The notes under the pieces are model-generated. The model was not told the origin of the DNA. It saw only the letters and a program-made list of their open reading frames with translations, and did not search any database. Below are positions 9,959-19,020 of a stretch of DNA of 64,000 nt, piece after piece. A program made the position numbers and the translations under genes. How positions within the stretch are numbered: position 1 is the stretch's first letter; every line of letters starts with the position of its first letter. Location: the NCBI GenBank assembly GCA_963792175.1, contig CAWBVG010000031.1, positions 153,815 through 217,814 on the forward strand, read 5' to 3'. Source of the stretch: an uncultured Acidobacteriota bacterium. Lineage in GTDB: Bacteria > Acidobacteriota > Vicinamibacteria > Vicinamibacterales > CAVVIG01.

Positions 9959-10298
9959 GCTTCGTCTCGCACCGGTCCACGGGGGCGGGTTGAGACGGGC
10001 GTTCGCCGTAGACGTTCTCCTTGGACTACGGCATAAAGTGGTGACGGTACCATTAATTCCGTCCTTAATCAACGGCGGGTGCGAACGCGCGATTGTCGCT
10101 AGTCAGTAAACAACAAAGTCAGAAATCCTCCGCTGTTCGACTCGCGTGCGAACCACACACGCACGAAAAGGTCGCGGGGCGACAACTCTGTCGTGGGGGT
10201 ACTTCCGACGGACACCTCGACGCTCAAAAGGGACAACGCGACCACTAAATGCACGAGATTCCTCGACAGTAACGTGGCCGGGCGATTGCTCTCGTCGC

Positions 10299-10577
10299 CT
10301 GCGTGAGTGAGGATGCCCCCGCACCCCGCAAGGCTCGCGTACCACGCCGGATGCGATCGACAACCGTGACGCGGAACCCTGAATTCCGCGCCCGCCTGCG
10401 CTGTCCCGACTGCGATCATCCCTTGGTCTATGTGCAAACCGTGATCGGGGGGGCGTGCAGCCGCTTGAACGATGGGACTATTTCGAGTGTGTGCCCTGCG
10501 GTTCCTTTGAGTACCGACATCGCGCGCGGAGGCTGAAGCGTACGATTGACGTGCCGCGTCTCCGCGGCCGGAACTGA
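10299..10577. repeat. about 265-bp dispersed repeat, copy 2
   Basis: Aligns to 4292-4556. Confidence 0.7.
10357..10577 (+). CDS. small Cys4 zinc-ribbon protein, copy 2, frameshifted at a G7 run
   Basis: MRSTTVTRNPEFRARLRCPDCDHPLVYVQTVIGG then a frame change at gatcggggggg. In the corrected frame it reads VQPLERWDYFECVPCGSFEYRHRARRLKR. Confidence 0.4.
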
Positions 10578-10899
10578 GCCACTGGGACGACCCCGTTAGT
10601 TGGATTGACAACCTACTGTGCGTGGCGGCGTCGATGAACCCAGGCGCGGTAGACTCTCCGGCATGACTACACGCAAGATGACCCTCCTCGCTCTCGTGGC
10701 GATCCTGACGACGCGCCAATCCTTAACGCGAGATCACGATTGAGTTCGAGCCGGAGAGGTAGGCCGCGGAACGATGTTCGACATGCGCCTCGACCCGTTT
10801 CAACAGCTTTTCAATCCCCAGTCCGTGAAGCGATAGAAGACTCCGCTAATCCCGGTCTCTAGCGGTCTTGAGCGGTTTGTGCAATCGGTGGCTCGCGCA

Positions 10900-11045
10900 G
10901 CACCGTTCTGCGGAGCTGCATATCTACGCGAAGGGCGGGCACGGATTCGCCATGCGCCAACAAGGCATACCGGTCGATTCGTGGACCGCAAGGTTTGAGG
11001 ATTGGTTTCGGTTTCAGGGACTGTTGCAGACGCGATCGAAATGAC
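10900..11045 (+). pseudogene. C-terminal remnant of an alpha/beta hydrolase (dienelactone-hydrolase/peptidase S9-like)
   Basis: Frame reads ...AELHIYAKGGHGFAMRQQGIPVDSWTARFEDWFRFQGLL*. This is a typical catalytic-His C-terminus (GxHGF). No N-terminal part lies upstream. Confidence 0.5.
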
Positions 11046-11968
11046 GGCGCGCGGCCCGGCCGTGCGCCTCAGTCGGTCGGCATATGCGGCCGGCGAAGAG
11101 TTGCGACCATTCCGTTACACTTCTTCTTCAGCGCGTCGTGTTGGCTTCACGATTCGACCGTGGACGTGATGGCTTCGTACACGTAGTCGGTGAGCACCCG
11201 CAGGCGAACTGCGGCCGGATCGGACCCTCCCATGCTGTCCCTCGGCACGGCCGGGATGTCAACGGCGTGGCTGGTGATGAGTGCAGCGGCGATCGTCGCT
11301 TTAGCGGACAATTCGGCATGATCCATTGGAGTTCCTTTTCTGCTGGACGACGTGGTTTGTGACCAGCGAAGTCCTGATAGACCTGACAGTCGATGCTGCG
11401 AAAGTCATCAACGGTCGACGAGCCGACGCGCAATATCACCAACTGCGATGCTCGCGTCGAGGATACAGCCGTCCGTGTACTGACTACGACCCTGTCACCA
11501 GCCATTGCAGCCTAACCCGGATGGTGTGAGGAGCCCGGCCCGAGGCGACGGCTCCCTGAACGGACTACGGTCTTGCGCAGTGACGCCCGTACCGTCAGGA
11601 CGAAACCCACCATCATGAGAGCAACAAACTCGTCAGCATGTATGTCCTCATTGTCCGCCGAACTAGCGGGTTGCTGAAAAAGCCGTCAGCCGGACCTATT
11701 TCAAAACCTTGCAATTCACGCCAGGGGCGCTGGCCTCCAAACCACCGGGCTGAGGCCCTGAGTGGCGTTTGCCTCACTAACGTTTGCGCGCGAGATCCAG
11801 TGCACTCGGAGCTGCGGTGAGATGGCGATTCGTGAGTTAAGCGGAATCGGGGAATCAAGACCGCCGGCCAGGCCCCACGTATCCCGGCTAACGGATCGCG
11901 GAGAGCCTCCGAACGGAAAGAAACCGCCCGTAAGAAAGTTCCTGAGCGCACTTTGCGTGAGTGTGTCC

Positions 11969-12439
11969 TCATGGACGTAACTGAAGCCGCCGACGAACTC
12001 CGGGGCGTGCTGGATCGAACGGAAGCGGAATTAACCGGAAAAGATGAGGTCCCGATGAGCGTTCTGCTCTTCGAAACTTGTCGGCAATCTGTAGTCCCTC
12101 GAAACGGCTTGGGATCGTCAATTCAACTTCAAATGCCGTTCTGGCTGTGAAGAATGCACCGGCCATGAGGCCGAGACCGACGCCGGTCCCGCCGATGCCA
12201 TTGCAGGGTCTCGATGGGTTATTGCAGGTAACCGCACCTTCGGGCTGCCACGACACGACGAACGCGCCGCCGACAAACTGTTGCGCATGCGCTGACGCGG
12301 GGGCGCCAAACATCCCGGCGACGAGGGCGACAGGCGGCAAGCCGTGGGAGATCACGAGCAAGAGGCGTCGGTTCGGTGCCGGCGTGCCCGGGGCATTGAG
12401 CGCGTTGGAACTCGCGAGGCGCCACCGTGGCGTGTCCAT
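11969..12439 (-). CDS. possible truncated outer-membrane beta-barrel (OmpA-like N-domain) protein
   Basis: Internal signal-peptide-like segment followed by AHAQQFVGGAFVVSW...GLGLMAGAFFTARTAFEVELTI. Weak. Confidence 0.25.
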   Translation of the reverse strand: MDTPRWRLASSNALNAPGTPAPNRRLLLVISHGLPPVALVAGMFGAPASAHAQQFVGGAFVVSWQPEGAVTCNNPSRPCNGIGGTGVGLGLMAGAFFTARTAFEVELTIPSRFEGLQIADKFRRAERSSGPHLFRLIPLPFDPARPGVRRRLQLRP

Positions 12440-14207
12440 GGGCGCGATTCTCTGCCAGCAGTCCTAAGAGTTCAAGTCTCGGGCCGGACTTAATCCGAAA
12501 TATCAGTGTCTCTTCGAGGAAGAAGTGGAAAAGGAGCTGCTCCGACGACTCAGGGAACATGAGGCAAACGATCGCAAAGCCTGACGGACCCCACCACGGC
12601 GTCGTTGCGAACGTCGTGGTTCATCAGCGGGATTGAAAAGCCGCTGAACCGGGAATTGGTAATTAGATCTGATAGGGTTGCACGATGACGAGACATCGCG
12701 CGGGCGGCATGGTTTCGGCCCTGATCGTTGCGCTGCTCACCGAGTCCTGCACCGCGATCCACACCGTGCCCATTCAAAGAGCCGGCGCATTTGTCGGGAT
12801 TGCGGCGGGCGATCGTCTCACGGTGACCACGGGACGGTCACGACCATCAGATTCGGGTGCGAACCGTCCAGTCAGATGTGCTCACCGATACCGACAGCGT
12901 CGTCTATGGGTTCGCCGACGTGCTCATGATCCAACGGCGTGAGCTGGATCGGCGCAAGAACGTGATCCTCGTCAGCGTCGTCGGCGCGTGGGCGATCCTG
13001 ACTGCGTTGGCCATTGCGGCCGGAAAGTTGATCCCGGCAGGGTAATAATCTCACGGCAGGTGTCCGCAGTTTCGCACCTTCTGGGCTCTTGATGGATCAT
13101 CGCTTAACCGTCTCGTATTGGCGTCGCTCTTAACGTCGACCTGCTACACGGTCGAGGAATCCGGAACGACGACGACCTCAGTTTCCAACACGGGCCGGTC
13201 ATTGTTCTCGGCGCTGCGGGCGCGATCGTGTTGCTGGTGGCGGTCGCTCTCTCACGACGTCGCGGCTGGCGAGGATGCGGAGTTCTCATAACCTAATCGC
13301 GCTCTTTTTCGGGGGATTCATGGCGCCGGCGATGTGGTTCGACCGCGTCATCGTCACGCCGACGGAGATCCGTCAGAAGACTGGGTTGTGGTTCGCGCCG
13401 AGGCACAGGGGCTTCCGTTATTGCCGAGGTCAACTCGGTTTCGATTCGGGAAGTGAAGTCGAAAAGCATCACGAACCGGATCTGGTTTCTTGAACTTGTC
13501 GCTGGCGGGCAGGACGACATCGGTCCTGGTGACTTGTGGGAAAACTGATGGCCACTGCAGAGGTGATCGGTCGCAATCACTATGTTACAGTTATTTTGGC
13601 CCAAACAGCATAGCGACATCGCGACGGCGCTGGAAGCGTGCGGATTACCGAACTCTTGCCTCCCAACGCCCCAGGCCGAGGCGTCATGCTCCATCCTACG
13701 TATTGAAAATCGGCTCACATGAAAGTAGACGATTGGCATTTGTGCCGACGAAGATATCCGTCCATGGGTTGGTATCCCGTGGTTCTCGGGCTGATCTGCA
13801 GCGGTTGCAATCGAGTGGTCGAGTGGACATTCGGCCATTCGCTGAGTCAAGAACTGAATCGCTCGAGCAATCAGATCGTATTGTGATCACAAGCGACAGC
13901 GCCGAGCTTCCGCAGGAAAGGGTTATTACCAGTGAGGCAGCGATCCGCGGGTAAATGTGGTGACGTTCTTCAAACACTATTCGAGTGGATGGGTTTATGT
14001 GAGCGGCTCGCCCGGTGACTATCTCCTTACATGTACAAGGGGGACGGGTTGCTTCAGGTATTGGCGTCAGTCAAGGCTCGCCCTCGCCGTCAGACGACAC
14101 ACTTAGTCTCGGTGGTTATTACAGACGTGCGCCTGCAGCTGATGTCGCCTCCTTGGCAAAGAGATGCGTCTCGATCTGCCGTGGCCACCCCGTCGCAAAT
14201 AGGATCC

Positions 14208-14639
14208 TCATGAAGCGAACGTCGTGATCACCGCCGCTCGGGGCAAATCGCCTCGGCGGAGGTAAGCGAACCGCGATCGAAAACCAGTACGGCAAGGTTC
14301 CGTTGACATGGCGTCGCCAGTCCCGCACCTATGCCATGTGGCCTTGGTTGCTCGCTTCGGTTGAGGCGAACTTAAACGGCCGCGGAGCTCATCAACATCA
14401 TCAAGGAGGATTCTCAGAAGGCCGTCAATCGCCGATCTTACTGTGTGATCATTATTCGGCGTCCAACCTTCATGAACGATCTTGTTTCTGAGCTCGAGCG
14501 CCTTCAAGGCCTCGGGTAGTAATCGGTGTGCATCGGTGGTAGACGCGCAACGACCAGCGCCGTCAATTGTGTTGGCAGCGGAAGACTCCAGAATGGCTGC
14601 AGCGTTTGCGCAGTCGAAGTGACACCTGAACGTAAACAA
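14208..14639 (-). CDS. hypothetical protein with HEPN/HepT-like R-x4-HE motif (LELRNKIVHEGW)
   Basis: Motif only. Compare HepT RNxLVHEY. The region upstream of the motif is short, so the protein may be truncated or frameshifted. Confidence 0.3.
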   Translation of the reverse strand: MFTFRCHFDCANAAAILESSAANTIDGAGRCASTTDAHRLLPEALKALELRNKIVHEGWTPNNDHTVRSAIDGLLRILLDDVDELRGRLSSPQPKRATKATWHRCGTGDAMSTEPCRTGFRSRFAYLRRGDLPRAAVITTFAS

Positions 14640-14665
14640 TCATACACACACAATTCGAAGACCAC

Positions 14666-15037
14666 GTGATGTTAACCATCGCGTCTCTGCTCTCGATCCT
14701 CTTGCTGACGCTTCACATTACGGACGACATCGTCCGTGGGATATCGAAGGCCGAGCCCTCAAACATTGCGTTGGCCGTTCTCGTGGTGTTGCTGTACGGG
14801 ACGCTGGTGCTCGCCGAACGGCGGTCGGGGTACGTCATCATGCTGCTCGTGGGGTTGTTCGCGGCAGCCATGCCCGTCATGCACATGAGGGGGGCACATT
14901 ACGGCGAGATCGCCAAGTCCACCGGCGGCTTCTTCTTCGTCTGGACACTCTGGGCGCTCGGCGGGCTCGGGGGCTTCACCTTCATCCTCTCGGCGCGCGG
15001 ACTGTGGAGTCTGCGACGGGGCCAGCCGAGGTGGTGA
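14666..15037 (+). CDS. small integral membrane protein (about 4 TM)
   Basis: Hydrophobic segments LLSILLLTLHI, LAVLVVLLYGTLVLA, VIMLLVGLFAAAMPV, FFFVWTLWALGGLGGFTFIL. Lies in a lower-GC patch. Confidence 0.5.
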   Translation: MMLTIASLLSILLLTLHITDDIVRGISKAEPSNIALAVLVVLLYGTLVLAERRSGYVIMLLVGLFAAAMPVMHMRGAHYGEIAKSTGGFFFVWTLWALGGLGGFTFILSARGLWSLRRGQPRW

Positions 15038-15228
15038 ATGCTTTTGTTAATCCACATTGCCTCGCTTACTCGCGCGCCGAATCGCTACGCCGACGCACTC
15101 TACGCGTTCCACGAGGCGCTGGAATCGTTTCATCGCCGATTCGGGCCACAAAATCAAAAGTCCCGCGCCGCTAGTAGGATCGGCGCGGCGTCGGAAAACG
15201 GGACCGGCGTCGGCGATCGGGGGGATGC

Positions 15229-15750
15229 GTGATGCTGAAAATACTGGCATTGGTGCTCGTCGTGGGAGTGGCCGCGCCGGTGGTCCAAGTCCAACGTGGT
15301 CGGTTGTCCTATGAACAAGCGAAAGGACGTCTCCACGCTCGCGGACTGGAGGTCGGCATCGTCGTCCCCGGCCATTGCAAACGGCCGGTGGGCGCGGTCT
15401 GTCGGCAGAACCCACAGGCCGGGCGCAAGGTGGACATCACGGAGCCCGTACACCTGATCGTACTAGGGGGCCGAAGCCGTGACGCAGCCGAAGCTCCGCT
15501 GTCCCTATTGCGGGGAGTTACGGGTGGAATGCCAGTGCCTCGTCAACGGCGAACTCACGTACGGTCAGCGGTTCGTGTTGCGGATCGACGCCGTCGAGGA
15601 GGCCGAGAGGCAGCGGCGACGGCTGATCGAGAAGCTGGACGACTGGTGGGCGAGGGGTTACCGATGAAGAACCCCGCATTCAAGAAGGCCCTTCGCATCG
15701 CCGTCTTGACGGTCATCGCGTACGGATTTCTTCTCTTGCCTGGTTTCTGA
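15229..15750 (+). CDS. ORF with N-terminal signal peptide, PASTA-like domain and C-terminal TM helix. An alternative-frame Cys-rich 62-aa ORF (15479..15667) is embedded in it.
   Basis: LSYEQAKGRLHARGLEVGIVVPGHCKRPVGAVCRQNPQAGRKVDITEPVHLIV resembles PASTA. The middle of the ORF is low-complexity, whereas the +1 ORF (CPYCGELRVECQC...EEAERQRRRLIEKLDDWW) looks protein-like. The terminal MKNPAFKKALRIAVLTVIAYGFLLLPGF is a TM peptide. Confidence 0.3.
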   Translation: MMLKILALVLVVGVAAPVVQVQRGRLSYEQAKGRLHARGLEVGIVVPGHCKRPVGAVCRQNPQAGRKVDITEPVHLIVLGGRSRDAAEAPLSLLRGVTGGMPVPRQRRTHVRSAVRVADRRRRGGREAAATADREAGRLVGEGLPMKNPAFKKALRIAVLTVIAYGFLLLPGF

Positions 15751-15803
15751 CCCCGCGCGACCTGTCGGTCACGCCGACCCGCCACTGGATGGGCCCCGTC
15801 ACG

Positions 15804-16292
15804 TCAGCGTCGCGGCGACGAGATCCCCGAGCGTCTTCTGGCGTGACGATCGATCTCTAGGCTTTCGCAGAGGCTTTCTCGGAGACCACGCGACCCGCTC
15901 AACGTCAAACACCCGCAGCGTTGAGGGCGATCTCTCCGCAGCACCATAATCGCCTTGGCCGTTTGCACGAGGTCTTTCGGATCTGGTTTCTCGCCCAAGA
16001 TCGAGAGAATCACCCTCAGGTCGTGCAATTGCCCAGCACGCGACGCGACCATGAACGTAATCCGCCCCAATATGACCTCAACAACAATGACCGTGGCGTT
16101 GAAGACTGCGAAGGCGAGCACTGCGCTGGAATTGAGGACGGCTCCTGTGATGATCAGCGAGGCGGCGAAGAGCACGTGACTCAGCATGACGGCCACCAAG
16201 AGCACGATGGCAATCCGGTAGTAGAGCGTGATCACTCGCTGATTTCTACTGATTAAGGCGACGGCTCCGCTCTTGTCGTCCTGCTCAGACAT
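15804..16292 (-). CDS. integral membrane protein (hypothetical)
   Basis: MSEQDDKSG... then 3-4 hydrophobic helices (VITLYYRIAIVLLVAVMLSHVLFAASLIITGAVL...). Confidence 0.4.
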   Translation of the reverse strand: MSEQDDKSGAVALISRNQRVITLYYRIAIVLLVAVMLSHVLFAASLIITGAVLNSSAVLAFAVFNATVIVVEVILGRITFMVASRAGQLHDLRVILSILGEKPDPKDLVQTAKAIMVLRRDRPQRCGCLTLSGSRGLRESLCESLEIDRHARRRSGISSPRR

Positions 16293-16860
16293 ATGCGATC
16301 TCGCTACTAAGCTTCAGGCAATCACTGAGTGTCGGAGTGACCCATCGGGGCCCGCGCCTGCTGCGTCATTCGGCAGGAGTATACCCCGCGCAGGAGGGGC
16401 TGGAATGACCCTCGCAGGCCATCCAGCGGAGAAGAGATGAGTCGCGTCCGGACTCGCACTCCTGTAAGTCGGAAAATTGGGATTAGCGGACTCACACCAA
16501 GGGAATACGTAGCCGCATTTGCCTTCGTGTTTACGTACACCAGCGATCGACTTTCGCCCCTAGGATTTTGCAAAACCCTCTTCTCCGTCGGCTGCCTGAT
16601 TGAACCGGAGGAGAGAATCGTCGAGGGGGATGCGGCGCGCGACCTGTCGGGAGGCTCCACCCGTCACTCTTGTCACAGGACGCGGGACTCTCGAACCATT
16701 CGCCACAGCCGAGGCATTAAATCTTTGGGCATGCAGCCAAGCCGAATTCGCGTAGTTGAGACCATGTCCGCCGCCTATGTTTATCGAGAAGCCGGACTTG
16801 GCCCAAATCCGCAGCGGCCTCGAATAGACTGACTCGAAGCACAGGCAGAGTAACGGAGAA

Positions 16861-17585
16861 ATCGAAGAGCAGAGCAAACCGAGCATCGTGTTCGTCCATG
16901 GACTGTGGGCCGACGGGTCGTGCTTCAGCAAATGATCCCGCCGCTTCAGGCGGAGGGGTATGAAGTGATCGCCAGCGAGCACAGCCTCGACTCAGTCAAG
17001 GGTGACGTGGCCACAGTCAAGCGGACGCTCGGACGCGTCAGCAATCCCGCCATCCTGGTCGGGCACTCGTACGGGGGAACGCTCATCACCGCGGCGGGAA
17101 CAGACGACCGTGTGGCGGGGCTCGTCTACATCGCTGCGCTCGCACCCGACGAGAACGAGACATCCCAAAGCCAGCAGAATCAGTTTCCCAAGACGGACGT
17201 CTTCTCTTACATCGAGGTCGCGGACGGTCGCATCTGGCTGCGGCCGGACGGCATCGGCTGCTTCGCGGGAGACTTGTCCGAGCAGGAACAGAAGCTGGTC
17301 TGGGCGACGCAGATGGTGCCGGTGGCCGACCTCTTCGACCAGAAGGTTGAAGGGACCGCCTGGAGGTCGAAGCCGAGCTGGTACATCGTGGCCACGAAAG
17401 ACCGCACGGTCAATCCCGAGTTGGAGCGGTTTGTCGCGAAGCGCATGGGCGCCGCCACCACCGAGCTGGACAGCAGCCACGTCCCGATGCTCTCCAACCC
17501 GAAACTCGTGCTCGATGTGATTCGTCACGCCGCAGCGACCGTTCAAAAGAACGCAGCGAGGGAGCCTGTGGGCGCGAGGCGCTGA
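16861..17585 (+). CDS. alpha/beta hydrolase, N-terminus frameshifted
   Basis: KPSIVFVHGLWADGS in one frame, then ILVGHSYGG nucleophile elbow and a C-terminal SSHVPMLSNP (catalytic His) in ORF 16905..17585. Confidence 0.7.
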
Positions 17586-17955
17586 AGAAACCAGCGCTAA
17601 CGGCTTGCTAGTGATGTGGCGGAGCTGATCCGACGGGACATGGAGACCTGGTGCCCGGACTGCCTGACGCTCTTCGATGACTACGGCGTGGCGGTCAATC
17701 CGATCCCCGAGTTCGCAAGAACGCACTGACAATCAATGAGCTGTCGCTGTGCGGAAGGTTCGATCTGCGAAGCGCATCCTGATATCAGCCGTGGCCGCAT
17801 CGGGATTGCCCAGGTTCAAGCGAACTTGTTCCGACTGCAACACGACTGATCCGTCACGCCTCCCCGGCAATTGAACCGCTCCGCAGCGCGCTATCACAAC
17901 CTCGAAAGCGAGCTGTGGCGAGTGCTCGGGATGGCGATCGACTTCTTCGTCCATT

Positions 17956-18360
17956 TTGGATGACTTTTTGTTCGTGCGCCGTAACGTGTTCGCCGATGTC
18001 CGTCGACGAGTTGCCTGCCGGTATCGACAGGGGATCATCACCGCAATTACCGTCATTCTGGGGTATTCTCTGTACTTCCTTCGGTTCTATGCCGTCGAGC
18101 CAGGCACCGGCCCGTGGAGCAGATACGCGGAAGATGCAGCCGCCATTCTCGGCATCGGAATCATCATTCAAACTGTTGCCCTTTTCCGTGCCTTGAGCCT
18201 GCAGGACACCACGGAAACACATTACGTCACTACGGTCCGTTGGTTTTTCGCGGGCGTCTGTGTGACTGCCTTGATGTTCTTGTTGCCATTTACGCTGCGC
18301 TGCCTAACGCGCGACGAAACCCGACACCCGAGACCCGAAAACATCAGAGCCGGAGCCTGA
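17956..18360 (+). CDS. membrane protein (hypothetical)
   Basis: Three to four hydrophobic helices (ITAITVILGYSLYFLRFYAV; AAILGIGIIIQTVALF; WFFAGVCVTALMFLLPF). Confidence 0.4.
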   Translation: MDDFLFVRRNVFADVRRRVACRYRQGIITAITVILGYSLYFLRFYAVEPGTGPWSRYAEDAAAILGIGIIIQTVALFRALSLQDTTETHYVTTVRWFFAGVCVTALMFLLPFTLRCLTRDETRHPRPENIRAGA

Positions 18361-18817
18361 TTGGAAGATGGTGTGGCTTGACACCGCCGACGTCGTTAGA
18401 GATGACCCACCGGAGAGCCCGACAGTCAAACCAGCGCAGCGAGCTGCCGGTAGTATCGCTCTCCTCGACGCCGAGCACGCGGCGACAGCGCGGGCAAGCC
18501 TGCACTGGGGAAGGCGGACGCTTGATCTTTGCTATCGGACTTACGGCGGGTCGTATCACTCGGTAATCCCTTGAGGCGGCGCGGGCATCGTTCGCGACCC
18601 TACCGCCCTTTCTGCGAGCCGGGCAGCGGACGTACAGGGAGGAACTCCTCGAGCTGGCGACGTCCTGGCGGACGGTCCTCGCCGACGATCCGACACACGC
18701 GCGGCCGATCATCTCGTCGCTACTCAAGGGCCGCGTCACGTTCGCGCCGCTCCGGTGGCGATTGACCGGTGAAGGCACACTGACTGCGCTTTTCTCGCGG
18801 GAGATGGTAGGAAGGTG

Positions 18818-18893
18818 TGGCGTCCCCAACGGGATTCGAACCCGTGTTTTGGCCTTGAAAGGGCCACGTCCTGGGCCTCTGGACGATGGGGAC
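18818..18893 (-). tRNA. tRNA-Glu (anticodon UUC), CCA encoded
   Basis: Reverse complement: GTCCCCATCGTCCAGAGGCCCAGGACGTGGCCCTTTCAAGGCCAAAACACGGGTTCGAATCCCGTTGGGGACGCCA. It has a 7-bp acceptor stem, a 4-bp D stem, a 5-bp anticodon stem with loop CTTTCAA, the T-loop TTCGAAT, and is 76 nt long. Confidence 0.9.
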
Positions 18894-19020
18894 GGCGTGG
18901 AGAGAACTTCCGATTCTACTACGACTTGACCGTCTGTCCGAAAGGCCCGCATCCTTCGTCATCGAACCGAATCGTTCTACGCTCCCAGTCGGTGATCACC
19001 GTCACTGCCTCCTGGTCGTG

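Noticed and set aside
10099-10719. 206-aa minus-strand ORF
   Set aside because: It is the antisense reading of zinc-ribbon repeat copy 2 (HGLHIDQGMIAVGT is the antisense of TVTRNPE). The same artefact occurs at copy 1 (4390..4611).
12440-14200. Non-coding RNA or riboswitch in the ORF-poor stretch
   Set aside because: No recognisable conserved riboswitch core or strong terminator was seen by eye. It cannot be assessed without covariance models.
18344-18952. 202-aa minus-strand ORF spanning the tRNA-Glu gene, and plus-strand ORFs at 18368-18800 considered as a possible integrase
   Set aside because: The minus ORF overlaps the tRNA and is Arg/Ser-rich. The plus-strand frames (WRTVLADDPTHARPIISSLLKGRVTFAPLRW...) show no tyrosine-recombinase R..HxxR..Y pattern or serine-recombinase catalytic motif.
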